Shown here one piece after another: positions 17,698-26,803 of a stretch of 40,109 nucleotides of DNA. Source of the DNA: a virus; the UHGV virus genome UHGV-0115014; one strand, 5' to 3'. The translations under genes and the position numbers were made by a program. Numbering within the stretch: the first letter of the stretch is position 1; the number at the start of each line of letters is the position of its first letter. Below the pieces are notes generated by a model. The model did no database searches. It was not told where the DNA came from and saw only the letters and a list, made by a program, of their open reading frames with translations.

Positions 17698-18033
17698 ATG
17701 TCAGGTGAGAAACCAAGATACCGCGTTCTGCGCCTCTCTCATATCCATAACACTCTGTGGCCGGAGGGGGCAGAAATCGAATACGAAGGTGAGCCTGGTA
17801 GCGCACTGGAACCTGTTAACGATGCAGCCAGACAGGCAAAAGCAAAGGTAGCAGGAAAGGTGTCTATGGCAGCAACCAGCACCAAAATCATCAACGATGT
17901 GTCAGATGATGGTGAACTGGATAAGCTCCGTGAAGAGTACGAATTGCTCTTTAACGAGAAGCCACACCATAACGCCAAAGCAGAAACGCTCCGCGAGAAG
18001 ATCGCAGATAAGCGTAAAGAACTGGGCGTGTAA
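17698..18033 (+). CDS. Hypothetical protein
   Basis: Table ORF 17689..18033; ATG 17698 preceded by AAGGTGA; followed by intrinsic terminator. Confidence 0.5.
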   Translation: MSGEKPRYRVLRLSHIHNTLWPEGAEIEYEGEPGSALEPVNDAARQAKAKVAGKVSMAATSTKIINDVSDDGELDKLREEYELLFNEKPHHNAKAETLREKIADKRKELGV

Positions 18034-18045
18034 GCCTCGCGGATG

Positions 18046-18072
18046 AGACAAGGGGCTTCGGCCCCTTTATTG
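18046..18072 (+). terminator. Intrinsic terminator inside head-tail gene block
   Basis: AAGGGGC-TTCG-GCCCCTT hairpin followed by TATT, after ORF ending 18033. Confidence 0.55.
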
Positions 18073-18083
18073 CAGGAGTGTAT

Positions 18084-18407
18084 ATGGAACTCGTAAACCT
18101 CAAAACCGGCACTGACAGCTACCAGGATGAGAGCGGAGAAACCAGAACTCGCGATGAATACCCGTGGGGGCTGTGCATCACGCTGAATAACGACACATTG
18201 AATAAGCTGAAGGCGCAACCTCAGGGCGTCGGAACAGAAGTGATGATAACTGCAAAGGCTGTTATTCGAGGCCTGTCTGCCAGAGAAACTGACGATGGCG
18301 TTAATCGCAGCGCCGATCTGCAGATCACTGATATGGCGATCGCTCCTGTTTCCGGGGATGTAGAAAAATCAGCGGCTGAAACTCTGTACGGTAACGGAGG
18401 TGAGTGA
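18084..18407 (+). CDS. Hypothetical virion protein
   Basis: Table ORF 18078..18407; ATG at 18084 downstream of GCAGGAG SD. Confidence 0.5.
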   Translation: MELVNLKTGTDSYQDESGETRTRDEYPWGLCITLNNDTLNKLKAQPQGVGTEVMITAKAVIRGLSARETDDGVNRSADLQITDMAIAPVSGDVEKSAAETLYGNGGE

Positions 18408-19012
18408 TGGCCTCTGTAGTAGAGATCTGCAATCGTGCGCTGTCCAATATTGGCAACAGCCGCAGCATTAACAGCCTGACGGAAGCCAGCAAGGAAGCGG
18501 GGGAATGTTCGCTGCACTTTGAGGCCTGCCGTGATGCTGTGCTTTCTGATTTTGACTGGAACTTTGCTACCAAACGCGTGGCGCTTGCAGATACGAGCAA
18601 TCCACCGCCTGACTGGGAATATGCGTACCAGTACCCGTCAGATTGTCTGCGCATTACTGAAATTATGCTTCCTGGTGTACGCAATCCAACAGCATCAATG
18701 CGCGTTCAGTACGAAGTTGGTGCAGACACCAACGGAACAGGAAAGTTGATCTACACAGACCAGCCTCAGGCATGGCTCAAGTATGTCTCTCGCGTTTCAG
18801 ATGTGAACATGTTTGATGCCATTTTTATGGAGGCGTTGGCCTGGCGTCTTGCGGCAGCTATTAACATGGCGCTGACTGGGAATGCAGACCTCGGTACGTT
18901 TGCCCTCAATATGTACAATCGCGTGATTCTTAGTGCTGGCTCGCATAGCCAGAATGAATCACAGGAACCACAGCCACCGGTTGACGAGTTTACCATTGCG
19001 AGGTTGTCCTGA
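18407..19012 (+). CDS. Tail tubular protein A-like adaptor (T7 gp11-like)
   Basis: About 200 aa; N-terminal region VEICNRALSNIGNSRSINSLTE resembles T7 gp11 N-terminus pattern (recalled); stop/start overlaps with both neighbours. Confidence 0.5.
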   Translation: MASVVEICNRALSNIGNSRSINSLTEASKEAGECSLHFEACRDAVLSDFDWNFATKRVALADTSNPPPDWEYAYQYPSDCLRITEIMLPGVRNPTASMRVQYEVGADTNGTGKLIYTDQPQAWLKYVSRVSDVNMFDAIFMEALAWRLAAAINMALTGNADLGTFALNMYNRVILSAGSHSQNESQEPQPPVDEFTIARLS

Positions 19013-21477
19013 TGGCTATCAGTTGGATCCAGCCCAGCTTTGCCGGTGGTGAGATTGGACCGTCTTTGTACGGTCGTATCGACATGGCGAAGTACCAGGT
19101 GGCATTGCGCAAGTGCGATAACTTTATCGTGCGGCAGTATGGCGGCGTTGAGAATCGACCTGGTACGCGTTTTGTCGGTGCCGCCAAATACCCAAATCGG
19201 AAATGCCGCCTGATCCCGTTCCAGTTCTCGACGGTTCAGACTTATGCTCTGGAGTTCGGACACCAGTACATGCGCGTTATCAAAGATGGTGCGTTGGTGC
19301 TGAACAGCAGCAATGTTATTTATGAAATTGCCACGCCATATACTGAAGCCGATCTGTTCCGAATTAAATTCACGCAAAGCGCAGACGTGCTTACGCTGGT
19401 TCATCCGGCATACCCGCCGAAAGAGTTGCGCCGCTATGCGCATGACAACTGGCAACTGGTTGATGTGGTAACGAAGAACGGGCCATTTGAAGATATCAAT
19501 ATTGACGAGTCAGTGACGGTTTATGCCAGCGCCAGCACCGGGACAATTACGTTAACGGCAAGCGCCTCAATTTTTGGCGCGGAGCAGGTAGGCAAATTGT
19601 TCTATCTGGAACAGCCTGCAGTGGATTCTGTGCCGGTATGGGAAACCAGTAAGAGTACGTCGATTGGCGATATTCGCCGTGCAGACAGTAACTACTATCG
19701 CGCCGTTACAGCAGGCAAAACAGGCACTTTGCGCCCTTCGCATACAGAAGGCACATCATGGGATGGCTGGGGCGGATCCGGTGATGATGATACCGGCATT
19801 GAGTGGGAGTATCTGCACAGTGGTTTTGGCATTGCCCGTATCTCTGCTGCAAATGGAACTACTGCAACTGCCGAGGTGATTTCCTATATCCCTTCGCAGG
19901 TAGTTGGCGAGGATAATGCCAGCTATAAATGGGCTAAATATGCCTGGAACAGTATTAACGGTTATCCTGGCACTGTTGTTTATTATCAACAACGCCTTTA
20001 CTTCGCCGCATCGACTGCGTTCCCTCAGACTATCTGGGCCAGCCGTACCGGGGATTATAAGGATTTTGGCAAAAGCAATCCTACGCAGGATGACGACAGA
20101 ATTATCTACACCTATGCCGGGCGTCAGGTTAATGAGATCCGTCACCTGATTGATGTTGGTTCGCTGGTGGCGCTGACTTCCGGAGGTGAGTACGTCATCA
20201 CTGGCGACCAGAACAAAGTGCTTACCCCATCATCATTTGCATTCAGCTCTCAGGGATCAAATGGCTCGAGCAATGTCCCACCAATTGCCGTGGCGAATAT
20301 TGCTCTGTTCGTCCAGGAGAAAGGCAGTGTTGTCCGTGATCTGGCCTACTCATTCGATGTTGACGGCTATCAGGGGAACGACCTGACCATCCTTGCCAAT
20401 CATCTTTTTCAGAAGCACAGCATTGTTGACTGGTGCTTCTCGATTGTCCCTTACTCCAGCGCCTTCTGCATTCGTGATGACGGTAAATTACTGGTGATGA
20501 CCTATTTGCGTGATCAGCAGGTTTTTGCATGGGCACCACAATCCAGTACCGGAAAATATGAAAGCACATGCAGTATCAGCGAAGGCAATGAAGATGCGGT
20601 GTATTTCGTCGTTAACCGAACCGTTAACGGGCAAACAGTGAGATACATAGAGCGACTGTCCAGCCGTTTATTTACCAGCGATGAAGATGCTTTCTTTGTT
20701 GATTCTGGCCTTAGCTATGATGGAAGAAATACGTCTGACAGAACGATGACCATCACTGGTGGTTCTGGTGAATGGGATTACCGTGCGGAATATACAATCA
20801 GTGTTTCTGGTGGTGCGTACTTCACCAGTAGTGATGTCGGCGCGCAACTACAGTTCCCTTATACCGGAACTGATCCTGATACTGAAGTGTCAAAAGAATT
20901 ACGTTGCGACATTATTTCTGTAACCAGCAATACCGCTGTAGTGGTTCGTGCTAACAGGAACGTCCCGCCATCCCTCAGGAATGTGGCCACCACGAACTGG
21001 CAGATGGCGCGCCGGACATTTGGAGGCCTGTCTCATCTTGAAGGCCAGACCGTAAACATTCTCTCTGATGCGAACGTGGAACCACAGAAAGTGGTTTCCG
21101 GAGGTGCCGTCACGCTGGAATCACCTGGGGCTGTAGTGCACATCGGCCTGCCAATAACTGCTGAATTCGAAACACTGGATATCAACATTAACGGACAGGA
21201 AACGCTGCTGGACAAAAAACAGGTGATCCCGTCCGTTACTCTGGTTGTGAATGCCAGTCGCGGCATCTGGGCGACTACGCCCGGCGGTAAATGGTACGAA
21301 TATCCACAGCGTGAATTCGAGTTCTACGATGATCCTGTTGATGATGCTACCGGAAAAGTAGAAGTGAAACTGGACAGTAACTGGGGCAAAAACGGGCGTG
21401 TAAAAATCCGTCAGCTTGACCCGTTGCCGCTGTCTGTTCTTGCCGTTATTCCTCGCCTTACTGTTGGGGGATTCTGA
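19012..21477 (+). CDS. Tail tubular protein B-like / nozzle protein (gp12-like position)
   Basis: 821 aa directly after gp11-like gene; size and position as in podovirus tail modules. Confidence 0.5.
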   Translation: MAISWIQPSFAGGEIGPSLYGRIDMAKYQVALRKCDNFIVRQYGGVENRPGTRFVGAAKYPNRKCRLIPFQFSTVQTYALEFGHQYMRVIKDGALVLNSSNVIYEIATPYTEADLFRIKFTQSADVLTLVHPAYPPKELRRYAHDNWQLVDVVTKNGPFEDINIDESVTVYASASTGTITLTASASIFGAEQVGKLFYLEQPAVDSVPVWETSKSTSIGDIRRADSNYYRAVTAGKTGTLRPSHTEGTSWDGWGGSGDDDTGIEWEYLHSGFGIARISAANGTTATAEVISYIPSQVVGEDNASYKWAKYAWNSINGYPGTVVYYQQRLYFAASTAFPQTIWASRTGDYKDFGKSNPTQDDDRIIYTYAGRQVNEIRHLIDVGSLVALTSGGEYVITGDQNKVLTPSSFAFSSQGSNGSSNVPPIAVANIALFVQEKGSVVRDLAYSFDVDGYQGNDLTILANHLFQKHSIVDWCFSIVPYSSAFCIRDDGKLLVMTYLRDQQVFAWAPQSSTGKYESTCSISEGNEDAVYFVVNRTVNGQTVRYIERLSSRLFTSDEDAFFVDSGLSYDGRNTSDRTMTITGGSGEWDYRAEYTISVSGGAYFTSSDVGAQLQFPYTGTDPDTEVSKELRCDIISVTSNTAVVVRANRNVPPSLRNVATTNWQMARRTFGGLSHLEGQTVNILSDANVEPQKVVSGGAVTLESPGAVVHIGLPITAEFETLDININGQETLLDKKQVIPSVTLVVNASRGIWATTPGGKWYEYPQREFEFYDDPVDDATGKVEVKLDSNWGKNGRVKIRQLDPLPLSVLAVIPRLTVGGF

Positions 21478-21941
21478 TGATCGATGTTCAAATTATTCCC
21501 GCTACCGAAGAGCATCTTCAGATGATTTTGCCGGATGTTCGTCAGGCTGATATTGACGAACTGTATGCGGTATCACTGATGACTACCGAAGATGCGCTGC
21601 GTGTTGGTCTGCGTACTGCGACTATGGCCTGGTCAGGATTTGCGAACGGAGAACTGGTAACCATGTTTGGCGTATCTCCGGCGTCAATGATCGGTGGCAA
21701 TGGTACGCCCTGGCTGGTCGGAACCGGCCGTATCGAAAAATATCAGAAGACATTTCTTCGCCACTGCCGCCCTGTATTGCAGCAGATGCTGGCAGTTTAT
21801 CCGCGCCTGGAAAACTATGTCGACGAGCGAAACCATGTTGCCAAAGCATGGCTGCACTGGCTTGGATTCAGGCTTGAAGAAGCCGCGCCTTATGGTGCTC
21901 TTGGTCTTAATTTCCACAGATTTCACATGGAGAGAAAATAA
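21477..21941 (+). CDS. Putative internal virion protein (gp13-like position)
   Basis: 154 aa; ATGA overlap with upstream gene. Confidence 0.4.
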   Translation: MIDVQIIPATEEHLQMILPDVRQADIDELYAVSLMTTEDALRVGLRTATMAWSGFANGELVTMFGVSPASMIGGNGTPWLVGTGRIEKYQKTFLRHCRPVLQQMLAVYPRLENYVDERNHVAKAWLHWLGFRLEEAAPYGALGLNFHRFHMERK

Positions 21942-22486
21942 TGTGCGATCCGGTTATTGCTGGTGGCGCAATGCTCGCCATGAGTGGCATTCAGGCATAC
22001 ACCCAGTACCAACAGGGAAAGTATGCCTCGAAGGTTGCAGAAGCGAACGCAGATATAGCCACAGCTCAGGCAAATGATGCAATAAACAGAGGTAACGCTG
22101 AAGCTGAGCAACGACGCAGAGAGACCCGACAGCGGCTTGGTACACAGGCGGCGACAATGGGGGCTACCGGCGCTGATTTATCTACAGGTAACGCGCTGGA
22201 TATATTTGGCGACACTGCCCAGTTTGGCGCTCTTGATTCGCTGACGACGGTGAATAACGCGCAACGCGAGGCTTACGGTTATCAGGTTCAGGCTGCCAAC
22301 TATAAAGCAGAAGCCAGTTCAGCCCGTAAACAGGGGAATGTGGGAGCAGCAACAACATTGCTCACTGCGCCTCTGAAGGCATACGGTGCGTACCAGATGT
22401 TTGGTGGGACGTGGAGTCCGTTTACTCAAAGCACTCCTGCGCCAATCGGGGCAGCAGCAGGAACCAGATTACCCGGAGGATTATAA
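21941..22486 (+). CDS. Internal virion protein (T7 gp14-like)
   Basis: 181 aa starting MCDPVIAGGAMLAMSGIQAY, Ala/Gln-rich like T7 gp14 N-terminus; position after gp13-like gene. Confidence 0.5.
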   Translation: MCDPVIAGGAMLAMSGIQAYTQYQQGKYASKVAEANADIATAQANDAINRGNAEAEQRRRETRQRLGTQAATMGATGADLSTGNALDIFGDTAQFGALDSLTTVNNAQREAYGYQVQAANYKAEASSARKQGNVGAATTLLTAPLKAYGAYQMFGGTWSPFTQSTPAPIGAAAGTRLPGGL

Positions 22487-24999
22487 TGCCAGTCGTACCA
22501 ACAGTATCCGGCCGTCAGGTTCAGAGCCGTGGAGTTCAGTCAGCAGGCTTGCAGACGTTTTCTCAGCCAGGTATTGGTGATGCTTTTGTTCGGGCAGGGA
22601 CAGAGGCAATTGATGTTTTTGGTCAGGCAAAACAGCGTGCCAATATCGCTCTGGCTCAGGAGGCATCTCTTAACCTCAGTCAGATAAGCAGTGATCTGCT
22701 GAATAATCCTGAAACAGGATTGCTTAACCTGAAAGGGAAAAATGCTATTGGAAAAGGCCATGAGTATACGCAGCAGTTTGATGCTCAGGTCGAACAACTG
22801 GCTATGTCGCTGCCGGATGAACAGGCTCGTAATGCTTTCATGCAGCAGGCGCAGCAGCAGCGCATTCAGTTCACTACGCAGGCAGGGCGGCACGAGATAG
22901 GGCAAATAAATGCCTACGAAGAAGGCCAGTTTCAGGCTACGCTGCTGAACAATGGTAAAAATGCCGCAGCATTGTATGGCGACAACGCCGCATACGTATT
23001 GGCTAATAAGCAAACTTTCCAGCAAATTGAGGATTACGGCATTGCACATGGCTGGAGTGACGAGCAAATCCAGGCCAAGAAAATCGAGTTTAAAGAGAAG
23101 GTTGCTGATGCTGCATTGTCCCAGTGGTCGGCAAACAATGCGACCGCATTCATCCAAAGTAATGGCGAGTTAAGTGATACTGCTGCTGGAGCTCGCCGTG
23201 CTGTAGCAGATAGTGACTCTTCCGAGCGTGCCCGTGGCATACGCAACAATAACCCAGGAAATCTCGAATACAGCAAAACTAATCCGTGGGTAGGCCAGAC
23301 CGGTGATGATGGTCGATTTGCTAAATTCGAAACACCTGAACACGGGATTCGTGCATTAGGGCGGAACCTGATGTCGTATCAGAGGCAGGGTATTGATACC
23401 GTCAGCGAGATAATTAATCGCTGGGCACCGCCTACTGATAAAAATGACACTATGTCGTATATCAAAGCAGTGTGCGAACAACTTGGCGTTTCTGCTGATG
23501 AGCCTCTCGATGCATCAAATCCTGATACCCTGAAGGCGCTTTGTGCAGCCATTATCCATCATGAGAACGGTAGCCAGCCATACAGTGATCAGCAGTTAAC
23601 TGCTGGTGTCAGTGCAGCACTTGGTTTATCAACAATTCCAACCAACACCAAACGCTATACCGGTAATGCAGCATTCGATGCGGCATCTCCTGAGGCTCAG
23701 GCAAGTTTTATGCGGCAGGCGGATCAACTGCGTCGGCAGCAGCAGGCTGAATATAAAACGATGATTGACAGCCAGGTTCGCGATGCGACGGCTGCGTATA
23801 TGCGTGGCGTTGAATTTCCTAACCCACCTGGTGAGGCTGATTTTATTGCAGCTTATGGAGTCAGAGAAGGAAACCTGCGATATACCGAGTTTAAGAATAC
23901 GCAGATCGCCGGACAGTATATAGGCTCTTTCCGCAACATGCCGACAAGCAGCATTACAGCATATGTTGAGCAATTACGCCCGGATACTGGTGAGACAGGG
24001 GAGGGTTATGCGGCTCGCGCAGCTCTTTATGACAACGTTGTTTCGGCTGCAAATCAGGTGATAAAGCAGCGGCAGTCTGATCCTGTGCAGTTCTCTCTTG
24101 CCTCTGGACAGGCAAAGCCTATCGACATGAGCAATAAGGATAACTTTGGACAGAGCGTTGCCTTGCGTGCCGCTCAGGTCAGTGACCTTGCTAAGTCATA
24201 TGGCACTCCACTGACGTTCTTTTCCAAAGACGAGGCCAATCAGATCGGTGTTTTTTTTCGTGATGCTCCAGTTTCCCAACAGGCAGCATATCTCGATACC
24301 ATCAGGCAGAGCACTGGTGGTGGGCAGGTGTATATGTCAGCACTACAGCAGATCAGTGCCAACGCTCCATCTGCTGCCGTTGCCGGGATACTGATGGACA
24401 AGCCTGGTGGTATTTTGGCAGAAAAAAACTGGTTTAATCCGGATGTTTCCGTGTCTCCTGAAACCGCTGCGCAGACAATTCTTACTGGCGCGGCGGCTCG
24501 TAAAGGTACTGATGATGCGAAAGGTATTCCGATGCCTAAAGATGCTGATCTTCGCCTTGAGTTTTCTGACATGGTGAAGGATGCATTTGCTGGTGATGCT
24601 CAGGGGGCATCAATGGCATACGAGATCGCAAAGGACTATTACGCTGGTGTGATGGCGAAAAAAGGCGTGGTATCAGGCGAAATTGACAATGATATCTGGA
24701 AACAGGCTGTTAACGTAGCTACAGGTGGCGTGCATGACTATAACGGAATGGGGAATGTTCTTTTGCCGTGGGGAATGTCTGCAGAGCAATTCGATAAGCA
24801 GGTTAATCAGGCTTGGAATGAACAAGTTGTTGGCACAGGGATAAAAACACCGCCTGGTCAGTATGGTTTGCAAAGTTACGGCGATAGTCAGTACCTGGTG
24901 AAACTTGGTACTGGTTATCTGCTAAAAGATGATGGTTCTCCCGTTGTTCTTGATCTGACACAGAAGCGTCAGAGATTCTCCGGAGATATTCCGCAATGA
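22486..24999 (+). CDS. Internal virion / ejection protein (gp15-like position), with RNNNPGNLEY motif region
   Basis: Start at ATG 22486 overlapping upstream stop (table ORF begins at 22411 in the same frame); 837 aa. Confidence 0.55.
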   Translation: MPVVPTVSGRQVQSRGVQSAGLQTFSQPGIGDAFVRAGTEAIDVFGQAKQRANIALAQEASLNLSQISSDLLNNPETGLLNLKGKNAIGKGHEYTQQFDAQVEQLAMSLPDEQARNAFMQQAQQQRIQFTTQAGRHEIGQINAYEEGQFQATLLNNGKNAAALYGDNAAYVLANKQTFQQIEDYGIAHGWSDEQIQAKKIEFKEKVADAALSQWSANNATAFIQSNGELSDTAAGARRAVADSDSSERARGIRNNNPGNLEYSKTNPWVGQTGDDGRFAKFETPEHGIRALGRNLMSYQRQGIDTVSEIINRWAPPTDKNDTMSYIKAVCEQLGVSADEPLDASNPDTLKALCAAIIHHENGSQPYSDQQLTAGVSAALGLSTIPTNTKRYTGNAAFDAASPEAQASFMRQADQLRRQQQAEYKTMIDSQVRDATAAYMRGVEFPNPPGEADFIAAYGVREGNLRYTEFKNTQIAGQYIGSFRNMPTSSITAYVEQLRPDTGETGEGYAARAALYDNVVSAANQVIKQRQSDPVQFSLASGQAKPIDMSNKDNFGQSVALRAAQVSDLAKSYGTPLTFFSKDEANQIGVFFRDAPVSQQAAYLDTIRQSTGGGQVYMSALQQISANAPSAAVAGILMDKPGGILAEKNWFNPDVSVSPETAAQTILTGAAARKGTDDAKGIPMPKDADLRLEFSDMVKDAFAGDAQGASMAYEIAKDYYAGVMAKKGVVSGEIDNDIWKQAVNVATGGVHDYNGMGNVLLPWGMSAEQFDKQVNQAWNEQVVGTGIKTPPGQYGLQSYGDSQYLVKLGTGYLLKDDGSPVVLDLTQKRQRFSGDIPQ

Positions 25000-26798
25000 G
25001 TTACTTTGGCCTTAATCCAGTAAACCAGAATCAGCAGCTTGACGAAGCAGCATCAAATCCAGCGGGCTTTAACAGCGATGTTGGTTTTTTCGACAATGCT
25101 GTAAGAGCGGCATTGTCTGGTTTGTACTCCGGGCTGGTGGCAAAGCCAGACCAGTTGCTATGGGCAGGAATGGATAAAATCGTATCCCCGATTGCTCAGT
25201 TTGTTAACGAAAACACCTCGTTCAATGATACTTCAGTTTCATACATTGCCGAGCAGAGAAAACTAGCAGAGCAGCAGGTTAAGCGGCTGACGCCTGATGC
25301 GGCGACAACCGGAACCGCCGGGCAGGTCCTTTATGGGTTGTTCGATATGGGCGGGCAGGCTGTTGTCGGTACAACGCTCGGTGGTCCGGTCGGAGGTGCT
25401 GCGGCGGTAACTTCGCTACAGGGTTTTTCTGAGTTTGAACGGCTGACAGCACAGGGTGTTGATTTCAGGACGGCGCAGGAAGCGGGATTAGTGCAGGGTA
25501 TTACTGCTGGTGCCGGAACACTGATCCCTATGAGCCTCGGGTTACGTGCTGGTGGTGCGCTGGCGGAAGGTGTGGCGGCTCAGCTTGCGCGGACGGGTGA
25601 AAGTTCAGTGCGACGCGCCGCAGCAACAGCAGTACGTGCAACGCCAGATATTGCCTATGCCGCAGGTACAAATATTGCGTTCGGTATGGCACAGCGTGGG
25701 CTTACTGCAAAAACGCTTCGTGATGGTGGCTATAGCGAAATGGCTAACCAGTATGATGTGTTGGATCGACAGGCAATTGCTATTGATGCTGTTCTTGGGG
25801 TGGCGTTTGGTGGTGTCGGCAGATTTATTAACTCTCGCGGCGAGTCTACAAACGCACCAAATTTTTCACCAGTTGATGTCGATGCTGCACTGGCGGCGAA
25901 TGCCGCTCATCATGCTGAAATTGATATTGCGCCCGGCGTGCCGATCAACGTGCTTTCGCGCAATTCTCACATTCAGGCTCTGCGAAAAGCTATGTCTGAT
26001 GTTAGCCAGGGGAGACCTGTAGACGTTGCCAGCATTGTTGAGTCTGCATCTTTCAGTGAAATTCCTGGGCGCAAGAGTCTGCTGTCTCAGGCAGTTAATG
26101 AGGCTCTGTCATCTGTAGATGATGGAGTAACGGCGCGCGCTATAGAAAATCGGTTGCTTGAAGAACAGGCCGCGCAGCTTTTGCCGCGTGGAGATAGACA
26201 GGTTTACCAGTCTGAAATCGCTAATAGCCAACGAATTATTGAAAATCTCACTAAACAGCGTGCACAAATTCTTGCAGAAGAGCCAACCGGTAGCGGTAAA
26301 GCTTTGTCTCGTGCTCGATCAGATAAACAGGCCAGACTTCGCGATATTGACCAACGAATCCGGCAGGCACAAGAACGCCTGGAATTTTCCCGTAACGCGT
26401 TGGCACCGCATGAGCCTGGCGGTCAGTTTTTTGAAGCTCGAGCAGAACTGGCACGGAGACAGCAGGCTGAAAGTGAACTTAATGCTCAGGCTGTTTCATT
26501 CTATAAAACAGCAGAGGTCAGGACGCCAGACGAAGTAGCTCCTTTTGAGCCTGATAAAATATTGCAACAGGCAGAACAAAAAATGATGGCGGATCAGGCA
26601 GGAGATATTGATCTGCGCATAGCTGAAGACTCGCTGCTTGAATCACCTGACATGATAATCACCGTGCTGGATGATGATGGTAATCCACAATCGCGCAGCG
26701 CGCGTGAAGTACTGGATGAAGCGAACAGGGAAAGTGAGCAGGCAATACAGGATTCCAGCCTGTTTGATGTCGCTGTGGCGTGTTTCTTGAGAGGTTAA
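24996..26798 (+). CDS. Internal virion / ejection protein
   Basis: 600 aa, Gly/Ala-rich central region, coupled to neighbours. Confidence 0.5.
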   Translation: MSYFGLNPVNQNQQLDEAASNPAGFNSDVGFFDNAVRAALSGLYSGLVAKPDQLLWAGMDKIVSPIAQFVNENTSFNDTSVSYIAEQRKLAEQQVKRLTPDAATTGTAGQVLYGLFDMGGQAVVGTTLGGPVGGAAAVTSLQGFSEFERLTAQGVDFRTAQEAGLVQGITAGAGTLIPMSLGLRAGGALAEGVAAQLARTGESSVRRAAATAVRATPDIAYAAGTNIAFGMAQRGLTAKTLRDGGYSEMANQYDVLDRQAIAIDAVLGVAFGGVGRFINSRGESTNAPNFSPVDVDAALAANAAHHAEIDIAPGVPINVLSRNSHIQALRKAMSDVSQGRPVDVASIVESASFSEIPGRKSLLSQAVNEALSSVDDGVTARAIENRLLEEQAAQLLPRGDRQVYQSEIANSQRIIENLTKQRAQILAEEPTGSGKALSRARSDKQARLRDIDQRIRQAQERLEFSRNALAPHEPGGQFFEARAELARRQQAESELNAQAVSFYKTAEVRTPDEVAPFEPDKILQQAEQKMMADQAGDIDLRIAEDSLLESPDMIITVLDDDGNPQSRSAREVLDEANRESEQAIQDSSLFDVAVACFLRG

Positions 26799-26803
26799 AT
26801 TAA

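Noticed and set aside
22540-23157. 205-aa minus-strand ORF inside the gp15-like gene
   Set aside because: Antisense to a long coupled plus-strand structural gene; no RBS or promoter evidence.
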